A stretch of DNA of 63,027 bases, the filler included, from Olpidium bornovanus S191 (Eukaryota > Fungi > Olpidiomycota), in assembly GCA_017911155.1 (NCBI GenBank). It is 31 parts of 31 records of this genome, joined end to end, with 100 filler letters (N's around TTAATTAATTAA, not from the genome) between each part and the next. Parts side by side here need not be neighbours in the genome. Positions count along the whole stretch, not along the records: positions 22,535 to 23,668 come from JAEFCI010003350.1; positions 23,769 to 25,126 come from JAEFCI010003652.1; positions 25,227 to 26,614 come from JAEFCI010005199.1; positions 26,715 to 29,292 come from JAEFCI010011512.1; positions 29,393 to 32,989 come from JAEFCI010001909.1; 26 more parts are not named here. One strand, written 5' to 3'. The notes below the pieces were generated by a model that saw only the letters and a list, made by a program, of their open reading frames with translations, was not told where the DNA came from and searched no databases. This document shows, one piece after another, positions 22,804 to 33,089 of the stretch. The position numbers and the translations under genes are program-made. The stretch's first letter is position 1, and each line of letters starts with the position of its first letter.

Positions 22804-23225
22804 ATGGTCGCGTCAAAGGCCGGTGAGTGTTGCGGGCGAGCGGCCCTTCGCGGCGAGGAGCCGTGACCTCGCCCCGCTCCGCCCCGCCCCGCGCCGTTCT
22901 CCGTATCTGCCCACGCCGGGAACATTCTCGACCAATCCGACCTTCCCGGCCTGTTTTGCGTTCCGCCCTCGGGTTGGTAAAGGAAATTTACGTGTAACCG
23001 CCGTCGCTTCCCGCCGCAGTTGGAATCGACCTGGGAACGACGTACTCCTGCGTCGGAGTGTGGCAGAATGACAGAGTCGAGATCATTCCGAACGACCAAG
23101 GCAACCGCACTACGCCCTCTTACGCGGCGTTCACGGACACCGAGCGTCTGATTGGTAGGACACGAGCCTTCGGGGGTGGGGGGTCGGGGGGAGGGGGGGG
23201 GGGGGGGGGGGGGGGGGGTGGGTGT

Positions 23226-23256
<31 letters not shown>

Positions 23257-23668
23257 TTAAGGCAAAAGAGACCAAAAGGTCCAAAACGCCCACGGCCGGC
23301 GGGGTCTAAAATCTCCTTTCCCCCCGCTCCCCGGCGAAGGCGATGCCGCCAAGAACCAGGTCGCGATGAACCCGACCAACACCGTCTTCGACGCCAAGCG
23401 GCTCATCGGCCGACGGTTTGCGGACCCCGAGGTGCAGTCCGACATGAAGCACTGGCCTTTCAAAGTCGTCGACCGGGGCGGGAAGCCGCACATCCAGGTC
23501 GAGTACAAGGGCGAGACCAAGACTTTCACTCCCGAGGAGATCTCCTCCATGGTTTTGACAAAGATGGCGCAGACCGCGGAGGCGTTCCTCGGCACCAAGG
23601 TCACCGACGCGGTAATCACGGTGCCCGCCTACTTCAACGACTCCCAGCGCCAGGCTACGAAGGACGCC
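22804..23668 (+). CDS. HSP70: Cytosolic Hsp70 (SSA type), N-terminal ATPase part, 3 exons, 3' partial
   Basis: MVASKA|[46 protein letters not shown]|[26 protein letters not shown]...[17 protein letters not shown]. Confidence 0.98.
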
Positions 23669-23849
23669 NNNNNNNNNNNNNNNNNNNNNNNNNNNNNNNN
23701 NNNNNNNNNNNNTTAATTAATTAANNNNNNNNNNNNNNNNNNNNNNNNNNNNNNNNNNNNNNNNNNNNCAGGGGCGCGCGCGCCGGACGAGGGGCGCAAA
23801 AATAAGAAGAAGGAAAAAAAAAATAAGAAACGGAAAAAGAAAACCTCAC

Positions 23850-24463
23850 AGGCAAAACAAAAGCGTCCTCTTTGAAGACGGCGAGCATGGTGAGGTTTGC
23901 CGGCGTGGCGGTCGCGGAGGGGAGCATGTTGTCGATCACAGCCTGGTCGCCCTGGAAATACAGGGTGGGTATGTACTGGTCGTCGAAAACCGGGGTGGCC
24001 CCCCAGCCGCGGGCCCACTTCTTGCCGAAGGCGAGAGGCAGGGCGGGGAGCTTCGCGAGGGTGTCCCTGCGGGCGAAGAAGTCGTTGTAGGTCGCGTTCC
24101 GGCCCCCGTCGCCGGCGAAATCCCTGTCGAAGGGTTCCGGCGCGCCGCCGACCGCGTACTTGTACTTGACCGGCGGCGTCAGGCCCCGCACCACGGCCGT
24201 GTAGTACGGCGCGCCGGAGACGGCCGCGCCGCGCGGCGGGCCGCGCTCGAGCCGCGCCATCGGCTGTGGCGGGCCGCCGTCCACGGAAACCGAGGGGGGC
24301 CCGTCGGGAGACACGACGCGGAACTGCACGTCGAGAGCGGCGGCGCGGCGCGGCACCGCGGGGTGGAGGAGGAGGAGCAGGAGCAGGAGAAGGCCGCGCA
24401 GGACCGGCGCGGCCGCCGGCGCGACGCGGCTCCGGGGAGCCGTTGCGCCGCCCGCGTCCCGCC

Positions 24464-24495
<32 letters not shown>

Positions 24496-24632
24496 CGTCC
24501 GCGGCCGGCGGATTCGGGCCCCGTCGCTCCGCCCGGCTTCCGCCTCCGCCTTTCCGCCGCCGCCGCTCCGGGACACGCCGCGCCCGCGGCGAGCCCGCCG
24601 TTCCGGCGCCGTCCGGGCGGCCGCCGCCCCAT
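23850..24632 (-). CDS. cotH: CotH family protein (Mucorales invasin / atypical secreted kinase), first exon, 3' partial
   Basis: After a hydrophobic segment (VLRGLLLLLLLLLHPAVPRRAAA) it reads LDVQFRVVSP..SVSVDG...APYYTAVV...KYKYAVGGAPEPFDRDF...NATYNDFFARRDTLAKLPALP...PVFDDQYIPTLYFQGD. This is colinear with Rhizopus CotH (IKFNVIAP..VKVSVNG, VPYFTG, YKYVAGG.EE.FDRSL, NSTLNDFYNRP.T.ANLPQLP, IFDDNYIPSVFFHGD). It ends at CCT|gtgagg. Confidence 0.9.
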
Positions 24633-25391
24633 TCCCGCCTCCCGCCCGCGGCCCTCCTGCCCGCCCCACACCCCCCCCCTATTTTTGGGGGCCGGTGCCG
24701 CCGCCACGCTCCCCACTCTCTCTCTCGCGGGCAAGATGGTGGGGTGAAGTCCGCGCGCGCGGTTTTCTTTCCTACCCGCGCTGGCCGCGCGTTCGTCTCG
24801 CTTCCAGAACACCTCTCCGCCTGCCGCGGCTCCCTCTCTCTCTCTCTTTCTCTCTCTTTCTCTTTCGCACTGTCTATCTCGATCTCCAGCTGCGGGCCCG
24901 CCTCTCGACGACCGGGTGTCTGGGGAAGGGGCGGGGTGTTGCGCGCTGTCCGTGAGGGCCGTCTCGCCGAAGTTTTTCTTATTTCTCTCTTAAACACGTC
25001 GGGGGCACACGAAATTTCCCGCGGCAAATTCGCCTTCCCATTGGGTGATCGCACCCGCCCCGCCGCCGCCGCGCGCGCGCGCGCGCGACCCCTCGAGAAA
25101 AAAAAAAAAAAAAAAAAAAGAAAAAANNNNNNNNNNNNNNNNNNNNNNNNNNNNNNNNNNNNNNNNNNNNTTAATTAATTAANNNNNNNNNNNNNNNNNN
25201 NNNNNNNNNNNNNNNNNNNNNNNNNNCATGGATAATGTGCGATGAGATGCTCTCTAGCACAAAAGTATGTGAGAACGTAATTGTAACGAGTTAACTTCGT
25301 GATCTGCGTTTTGCACGTCCTAGAAATTAGTGTATACTCCATTCTGCCTCTGGAAGCTGGGCTCCAGGTTTTGATCGAGTTCGTCCGAGTC

Positions 25392-26455
25392 CGAGTTCGT
25401 CGCCCCCATACCGACGACGCTCAATCGAAGCAGGGCCAACGGCATCTGCATCGCCGTGAGCTCGCGCAATCTCAGTTCCAGCTGGAATTGGTCGTAGCCG
25501 GAGAACAAGTCTGCCATCGAATAAATTGCCCGCGCCGCAAACAGCTTGACGTAGTCATCCAATATTGGCGCCACGCCGGAGTTCCTAATCGTGACAGCGT
25601 TGGGCGTAGATCCTGGATGAATCGAAAGCTCCCGTCCTTCTTAGGCACCGTGAACCATCGATTCGCGTCGGGCCCTTGCGCGGGTTCAAGGACTCGCCGA
25701 GCGATTCGCGCTTGCAGTAGCTCCAGCAACTTATCATAACACGCTCGCGGAATCGGCAGCGGCTTCAGTTTCCACGAAACATGGGCTGTCGTGAAGATGA
25801 CCATCGGCGCAACGATCAGCGGGTCCACCAAACCGATTTCGTCGTCCGTAAAGGCGAACGCCCTCCCGAGGGGGCGAATCATCGAACGGAGCACAGCGAT
25901 CTCGGCCTCGCTCAACAACCCGTCGCCCCCGACCCGCAACCGCGCGAGCGTCTCTTCGGTAAATTGGTGTCCAATCGATTCCGCCGGCCCCAGCCAGGGT
26001 TCCATGCGGGCTCGTTTGATTTGTTCCCCCGCGTCTCGTGGTAACTCCTCCACCATCGGCCACACCTTCTGGCCGACCGGCTTATACGCCCCGTAGACCT
26101 TCGCGTCCTGCGATCCCGGCAGCTTCCTCAGCAGACGCGCCAACAATTCGACTTCGATCAGGGACATCAAGACGACGCGCCCACAGGCATCCCCAGTGCG
26201 CAGCCTCGCTGCGAAGTGTTCCTCCGGGCTTTCCGTGAAGATCTCCTCGTAGACCCCCCCCTCTCTTTCCCCTTGGCCTCCCGATACCGCACCACCCGCT
26301 GCAGCTGCCAGCCGTCGCTCGAGGCGGCGCCAAACCTGGCGGCTGGTGGCTTCACGCGGCACATGACGCGCCAACCCGATGTCACCATGCGCTTGTATCG
26401 CAAAGACACGTGACACGCTCGGGCCCCCGTTGCGCGGCTCTGCTTCGAGCTCCAC
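25392..26455 (-). mobile_element. Ty3/Gypsy pol fragment (RT N-terminal half), frameshifted and truncated
   Basis: AYKPVGQKVWP...AFAFTDDEIG...APMVIFTTAHVSW...NRWFTVPKKDGSFRFIQDL, then a 1-nt shift near 25603, then NAVTIRNSG...YSMADLFSGYDQFQL...MGATNS. Homology stops before the catalytic (Y/F)xDD. Confidence 0.93.
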
Positions 26456-26715
26456 ATGTTGAGCGTTGTTTGCGCGCGTAATGCGTCGCCAAACATGTAT
26501 TATATAGCCTTATTTCTTTTCTCTCGTTTGAATCCCGGGCGGTTAGTTGAAACCCCACAATGTTATACGCTGTATTTTACGCGTTTTCTCTCTTCTGAAT
26601 ATACCGTCCAACGCNNNNNNNNNNNNNNNNNNNNNNNNNNNNNNNNNNNNNNNNNNNNTTAATTAATTAANNNNNNNNNNNNNNNNNNNNNNNNNNNNNN
26701 NNNNNNNNNNNNNNC

Positions 26716-26862
26716 ATGAAAGGGGTTCGCGACAGTATCGTGCAGGGGCGTTTTCCCGAGTACGTCCGCAGCTTCTTTGGCAAGATGTACCGCGACCAGG
26801 GCCTACCCTATCCAGACTGGTGCGTTGACGCGCTGAAGAGCGTGGGCATTGAGTTAGAATGA
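26716..26862 (+). CDS. QTRT1: Queuine tRNA-ribosyltransferase catalytic subunit, C-terminal end
   Basis: MKGVRDSIVQGRFPEYVRSFFGKMYRDQGLPYPDWCVDALKSVGIELE* matches the eukaryotic TGT C-terminus (M..VR.SI...RFP.FV..F...Y....P.W..DAL.SVGI.L). Confidence 0.88.
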   Translation: MKGVRDSIVQGRFPEYVRSFFGKMYRDQGLPYPDWCVDALKSVGIELE

Positions 26863-27434
26863 GAACCTCTCTCCGCCCCTCACGGCGTTGGTTTTGTTTT
26901 TTTGTCCTTCTCTTTTGTTCCCTTCCCATCCTTTTAATGTTATAGTTACACGGCTTCGGCCACGGGGCTTTCCGCCGCATAGCGCGGAAGGAGCGTTTAA
27001 TGGTTAGAGATGTGCACATTCTGTACCATATCCGTAAATCCCACGTAGACTGTTTTTTGCTTTTTTCTTTCTTTCTTTTCCAGGAGCGATTGCGCAGTCC
27101 CCGGCCTTTTTGTTTTTGTTTTTTTTGTTGTTCCCTTTCTCTCCACCATTTGTACCATATTCATTTTCCGGTTTTGGCCCGCCTTAATGCATAAATAACG
27201 CAAGGCGCGGAGAGAGAGGAGTTTGTCCTGGTTTCCGTTCGGGGCGTGGTGGTGGGGAGTCCGCCCGTCCGGCCCAGAAACAGTTTCACAACAACGCGCA
27301 ACCGAAGAGAGGCAGCCGACGGGGCCCTCCATCCCCACCAGGACACGCACAACAATCTAGCTCAGCCCCGCCTCCCGAAAGAGGCGATTTCCCGTCCCGC
27401 TTTTCTGGCCCGCCCGACGCGGCAGCCCGAAGAC

Positions 27435-28899
27435 ATGTCGAAACGCGGCCCGCCCGCTTGCCCCGCCGGGGAGGCGGAGGCGGAGGCGCCGCGTCCCGAC
27501 GTGGCTCCCGCGCCCGCCGCCTACCGTTCGCTGCCGTCCGCGGACCTCTTCGGTCCCGTTCCGCCCGCCTTCGCTCCGAGGGTCCCCGGACCCCCTCCGT
27601 TCCTAGCGCCCGTTCTTGGCCAGGCCCAGCGCGCCGTCGACGCGACCAGCGTGGCGCTGGAGCACCTGCACGCGCGCCTGGCCCCGGAGCCGTGGTGGGC
27701 CGTGATCGTCGGGAGCACCGTCGCATTCCGCTTGGCCCTCGTCCCGCTGGTGGTCGTGCAGCAGCGCGCCATCGCGCGGCGCTGGCGCCTCCAGCCGGTG
27801 CTCGACGCAGCGGCCGCGTCGTTCCGCGCGCGCGCCACAAAGGACGCCCGCGGGCCTGTCGACGCGATGGAAAGGAGGTGGCAGGCAGAGGTAAAAACGC
27901 GGCACTTTCCCCCCACCCCCTCTTGCTTGGTTCTCCGCGGGGTTCCCACTTTCGGGTGTTCCCGCTTTTCTCATGTCCAAAAATTACTAAACCAGACCCC
28001 GCTCCTGCACCGTTTTGACCCCGCCTCCCGTCCCGGAACAAACGTCCTTTTACGAAGTTCAAGGCCCACTCCCGTCAATTGCGGCGGAAGCACTCCTGCC
28101 TGGCCAGGTACATGATACTCCCGCAACTTGCGCAGGTTCCGCTCTTCGCAGTCCTGTCCATGACCTGGCGTTCGATGTCCGGGTATCCAGTCCTCTGGTC
28201 TACGGCTAAGACCGAGCCGGTCGGCGGTTTCCCTGGAGGCGGCGCGCTGTGGTTTACCGACCTTTCTGTACCCGACCCCACCTCGGTGTTGCCTCTCGCA
28301 ATTGGCGCCGTGCACCTTTCAAACATACAGGTGAGAACGTCGGTATACTCCGGGTCTTTGCCTGAGGAAACTTGATCGATACCGTTTACGTGTGTCGTCG
28401 GCGCTCATGCGATGTCGTCCGCCAAACGTTTCTCCTCCCACCCTCCCCTCCGTCCGCGTTTCGTAGCTCAACACTTACTTACAGGATAATAAACAGCAGC
28501 CGTCCACGCTTCAGAAAATGGTCTTACACGCGATGCGGTGCTTTGCGCTGTTCTCCGTTGTCCTGGCGAATTACCTTCCTGCAGTGAGTCAGTGAACCCG
28601 ATGGGCGGCGGTGGTCCCGGAGAGGCTGACGTGCCTTTTAATGTGGCGGCGGCCAAACACGGGCGCGAGGTTAAATCGCTGTTCCTTCGCGTTCATTTTT
28701 TCTAACAATACTGATCTTACAGGCGACGACGTTATACTGGTTCACTTCGGGAACCTTCACCCTGTTCCAGTGCACAGTATTGTACCTTCCTCTTGTGCGC
28801 AGGTGGCTTGGCTTCCCACTGCGGCTCGGCCTGCCGAAAATGACTCCGCGGCTTTCCGCAGCGAGCCCCGCACCACGTCCAGCAGCGACGCAATTATAA
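27435..28899 (+). CDS. COX18: YidC/Oxa1-family mitochondrial insertase, most like Cox18 (4 exons)
   Basis: PWWAVIVGSTVAFRLALVPL..QQRAIAR...LQPVL|...ILPQLAQVPLF...GGALWFTDLSVPDPTSVLPLAIG|...NYLPA|ATTLYWFTSGTFTLFQ, stop at 28897-28899. The short C-tail favours Cox18 over Oxa1. The true start may lie upstream. Confidence 0.8.
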
Positions 28900-29484
28900 T
28901 GAGCGGGAATCGGCCGGGAATCCGCTTGAAAGTCGAATTGGGAGATTGGTCGCCCCCCCCCCTCCCCCTTTTCTCGGCGGCTTTCTAGGCAGGTTGGCCG
29001 CCTTCCCCATCGACCGCGGCCGGCAGTTCTTGTCGAGTTTTGCGGGTCTCGATCGAGCAGCACCGCGAGGCGCGGCTCGGGCGCGCGATTTCCGGGCAAG
29101 ACGACACGGAAGCTGTTCATCTTTGTAAGAGCAATTACCGCGCGATGCCGATCTAATTTTGGAAGTGTTCCCAGCTGCGAGATGGAGCCGCCGACATTTG
29201 ATCTGACGCAGACGGGTCTTTTTGCACGGCTTGAACCCGCATTTTCGAACGCAAAAACACACGGCGTCCGTTTGGTAATGCTTTTCCCATGGNNNNNNNN
29301 NNNNNNNNNNNNNNNNNNNNNNNNNNNNNNNNNNNNTTAATTAATTAANNNNNNNNNNNNNNNNNNNNNNNNNNNNNNNNNNNNNNNNNNNNCATGCGAC
29401 CTCTCGTCTGCCGACTCTCGGCAAAATGCTCGCCTTATGTCTCGATCTTTTATTCAACGCTTGTGGCGCTTCACTTTTACACAG

Positions 29485-29615
29485 GTATAAAGTTGAGGAC
29501 GAGGAGGCAGCGATCAAAGAGGCTGCCGAGCGAGCCCGGCGGGATTTTCTGAACGCCCACCCAGAACTGCACAGCATCGACCGCGAATTGCTGGAGGAGC
29601 GGATCGGGCCGCCGG
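29485..29615 (+). CDS. Isolated exon of an unidentified protein
   Basis: ttttacacag|..YKVEDEEAAIKEAAERARRDFLNAHPELHSIDRELLEERIGPP..|gt. Protein-like composition, family not recognised. Confidence 0.4.
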
Positions 29616-30999
29616 GTGACACAGAGGACGGTGCGATCGGTTATTGCGTGTTTTTTTTTCAGTTTTTTTTTTTCGCCCTCTTGGTTTGATATATCCGCGG
29701 CTTTTTGCTCGGCCTTTTGTCTCTGTTTTCGCTCGTAATAGTCGTATTGCTGATGGTAAATATTTCTGGCCCCACCATTTTGCTCGTCGACTCTTCCAGC
29801 CTCCTACGCGCTTCGGGCCCTGAACGAGCGGATAGTCGACAAGATTATCGACTTTTTCTTTGAGTAGATGAAGCAGTCGAGCACTCCGGTCACATCGCAG
29901 CGAGCGTCTCGCGCGGCCGCCCCTGTCCGCACGTTTTGCATCCAACTTTATTTACATGTCTGCAGATTTCCTTTTTGCATTTGCTTGCGCATACCCAATT
30001 TCTTATTTTCTCATGGTCTGGCTTGGCGGGCCACGCCTTTTCTTCACCTTCGCTTCCTTTTTCCTCCCGTCCCCCTTATTTGTGTGCTTGACATGTCATG
30101 CGGCCGTCCCGCCAGTTCGCTGAGAAGGATCAGGTACCAGTCTACGACGGCAGTCTGTGAGGGGGTGTGGTGGTGGCAGGGTGACCAAACTGGGGGCAAG
30201 TTAGGACATACCTGCGCGGACGGACGCGGACCACCCTCGAGGTGAAGGGGCGACGGTGTGCTGGGAGGGGCCCGGGCCAGGGAGAAAGTGCGCCAGAAGC
30301 AATCGGGCCCCCATCTTTTTGTCGCGCAGCAGGAGGCGGCCGCCACCCTCCCTCCAGCATCGGAAACATATCAGACGCAACGCGCAAGCGTTCCCGGAAG
30401 TTGTTGTCCTGTTTGCTCGGTCTCTCTTTTTTTGTTGTTTAGATTAGCCGTTTCCCCTCGACATAGGCGTGACATACCTCGAGAGGTCTCGCGACCGCGC
30501 ATTGCAATGTCATGCAACATCACACGTAGTGTATAAGCAGGAATTATAAGTCAGGATTCTGTAACGTTGCCAACAGAGATCTTGAAAGGCATTGCCCTCG
30601 TAATGCAGCGCGACACAGTGCTCGCATTGCAGCACGAGATCAACAGAAAGCCACCTGATGATGTCTCACCCGCGGTGCTGCGTCGACATCTCACCGTGTG
30701 ACATTCGGTAAAATTTGCAGGCAGACGTTTTGAGTAAGATGCTACGTTGCGTCGCATCACAAAAGTCTTTTGAGCTACGGGATATCCCGCGTTTTAAAGT
30801 TGCCAATTGGATGTCGAGGTGAAATCGCCTTGCAATGTCATCAACGTCATGGCGCTGGCGTGTATTAAGCAACCCACACATCGACATGGAGTTGCGGCAG
30901 TTATTTGTTTTGTCGGAGTCATCTATTCGGGCGTCGTTTGAGGCGTCGCGCAAATGCACGCTGCGCGTAGAAAAGCTATCGTGATCTCAAAGGTAGGTG

Positions 31000-31310
31000 T
31001 TCATCAAATGGTGGTGCGGGATCTAACATCCGGTGCCCCGTTGTGCCTTCAACATTCCAGCACGATTTTTCTCTCGATTTCATCGCGGTTCCACGAGGAA
31101 AACATTGTAACTTTCGGCGTTCGTTCCCTTTGGAAACGGACTTCGCCGTGCTGTGCAATTTCTTCTGTCACAGCAGCGCGCTCTCCTGCGTGCTGCACTT
31201 GCCACACGCACGCTGTACTTCGCCACGTGCACCAGACCGGACGTCTCTCTCGCCGTCGGCTTCCTGTCTTGCTTCACGGCGAACGCTCGGGCAGAAATTG
31301 TCGATACGCG
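31000..31310 (+). mobile_element. Ty1/Copia reverse transcriptase relic
   Basis: TLYFATCTRPDVSLAVGFLSCFTANA matches the Copia LMYL...TRPDI..AV..LSRF..NP motif. The upstream region is decayed and frameshifted. Confidence 0.75.
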
Positions 31311-31783
31311 GCAACATCTCCTGGTTATTTCCCCAATTGACCCGCGCCAGCGCGACATCAAAACGACATCTTGGGTAGGAATGTCAACGTACAAGATGTA
31401 GGACTTGGGCAAAGGGGCCCGCAAGGTCGCGTTTGACATCGTGCAATGACATCGAGCGAGGCAGAAGAGCTTCTATGACGCGTTGATGTCGAGGGAAACG
31501 GCTGTGCACTTTGACGTCAAAACGATCTTGTTTTCTCTTACTCGTTTTCGTTTTTTTTTTTTGTTTGGCCGTCTTTTTTTATTTTGGAGCCGTTATGGGG
31601 GGGTTTCGCCGGTGTTTTCCTGTTTTCGGCGAGAATGGGGGCGTTTTTCCAGAGAGCCCGGCAGGCGCGGGGGGGGGTCTCGTCGGCAAGGGGAGGGGCG
31701 GGGCGAGAAATTTCCCGCATGCGAAAAAGAGGCAGAATATTCTCGTCAGACGACCGACAAACGGGGAGAGAGCGGGGACGACG

Positions 31784-31821
<38 letters not shown>

Positions 31822-32593
31822 CCGGTGACCAGGTAGGGACGGCAACACAGAGCTTGGCGGCGGCAGCTGCGCCGGCGGACCTGGGCGCAAAGGCGAAACG
31901 GGGCGGAATTGCTGGGAGGGCGGGGGAGGTGCGAAGAGTGGGGGGGGGAAGGGTCAGACAGAGTGGGAAGGGAAAGCGGGAAGAGAAAAAGGGGGGGGAA
32001 AGGGGGAAAATGGTCTCCGGATGCAGGGGGTGTGATCGGTCATCGGCACATGTCGCGCTCCAAAAAAAAAAAGGCCTATCGACACAATATTATTTAAATA
32101 TGAACCAATCTATTTATGTTACAGTACTGGTATACCCCACACCCGCCAACACAGGCAACGCACTCGCGGCCCCGCCCCAGCTCCGGGCCCAGCCCCGCCC
32201 TGCCCTGCCAGCGTGCGCGCTCTCTTCACTTTTTCTCTCTTTCCTCTCTTGCTTTCTCTCACTAGTCTCTCTGCTCTATCTCTGTCTCTCTCGCTCGCGC
32301 CATCTTACTTCCCTTCGCACTTTCTCCCAAAAAAAAAAAAAAAAAAAAAGAAAGCCTGAAAAAGATTTCGTGTGAAAAACCCAGGAAAACGAACGGGAAA
32401 AAAAAAAAAAACCCGTGTGCGCACACTCGCGCGTTCCCTCTTCCCCCCCCTTCCGGCCGGGGCGCGGGAAAGGGGGGGGGGTGGAGATGGAGGGGGAGGG
32501 TGGTGAAGGTGCGCCAAACTTTTCCTTGTTCCTCTCCAAGCAAAACCGCACTCCTCACGGCTCGCTCGAGAGCGAAAGAACGCGAGAGAAGGC

Positions 32594-32645
32594 GAGAGAG
32601 AGAGAGAGAGAGAGAGAAGGAGAGAGAGTGGAAGAGAGAGAGACC
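32594..32645 (+). repeat. (GA)n microsatellite in an upstream/UTR-like region
   Basis: Run of GAGAGA with few interruptions; a similar run lies at 55744-55778. Confidence 0.8.
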
Positions 32646-33089
32646 GGGAGAGCGAGGGTTGGGGTGGGAGAGGGACAGAGGCGGAAGACGGGCGGAGAGA
32701 GAGACAGCGGCACGCTCACACGCGCGCGCGCACGCGTTCCTTTACACGCCGCGCACCGAAAAGAGCGAAAAGGGAGCGTGAGCGCCGTGCCGTGCGCGCC
32801 GCGAGGGAGTGACAGAGAGCCGGGCGGGGTGGCCCGCTTCCCCCTCCCCTCCTCTGTAGGAAAAAGGTGGGGGGCGCAGCCAGGGGCAGCACGGATAGAG
32901 CTCCTACACGAATTACTTCCCCCTTTCCCCCTTTTGTAGAATCCGCACGGAATCCCAACATAAATAGGGGCGGAATCCGTAGAATCAAANNNNNNNNNNN
33001 NNNNNNNNNNNNNNNNNNNNNNNNNNNNNNNNNTTAATTAATTAANNNNNNNNNNNNNNNNNNNNNNNNNNNNNNNNNNNNNNNNNNNN

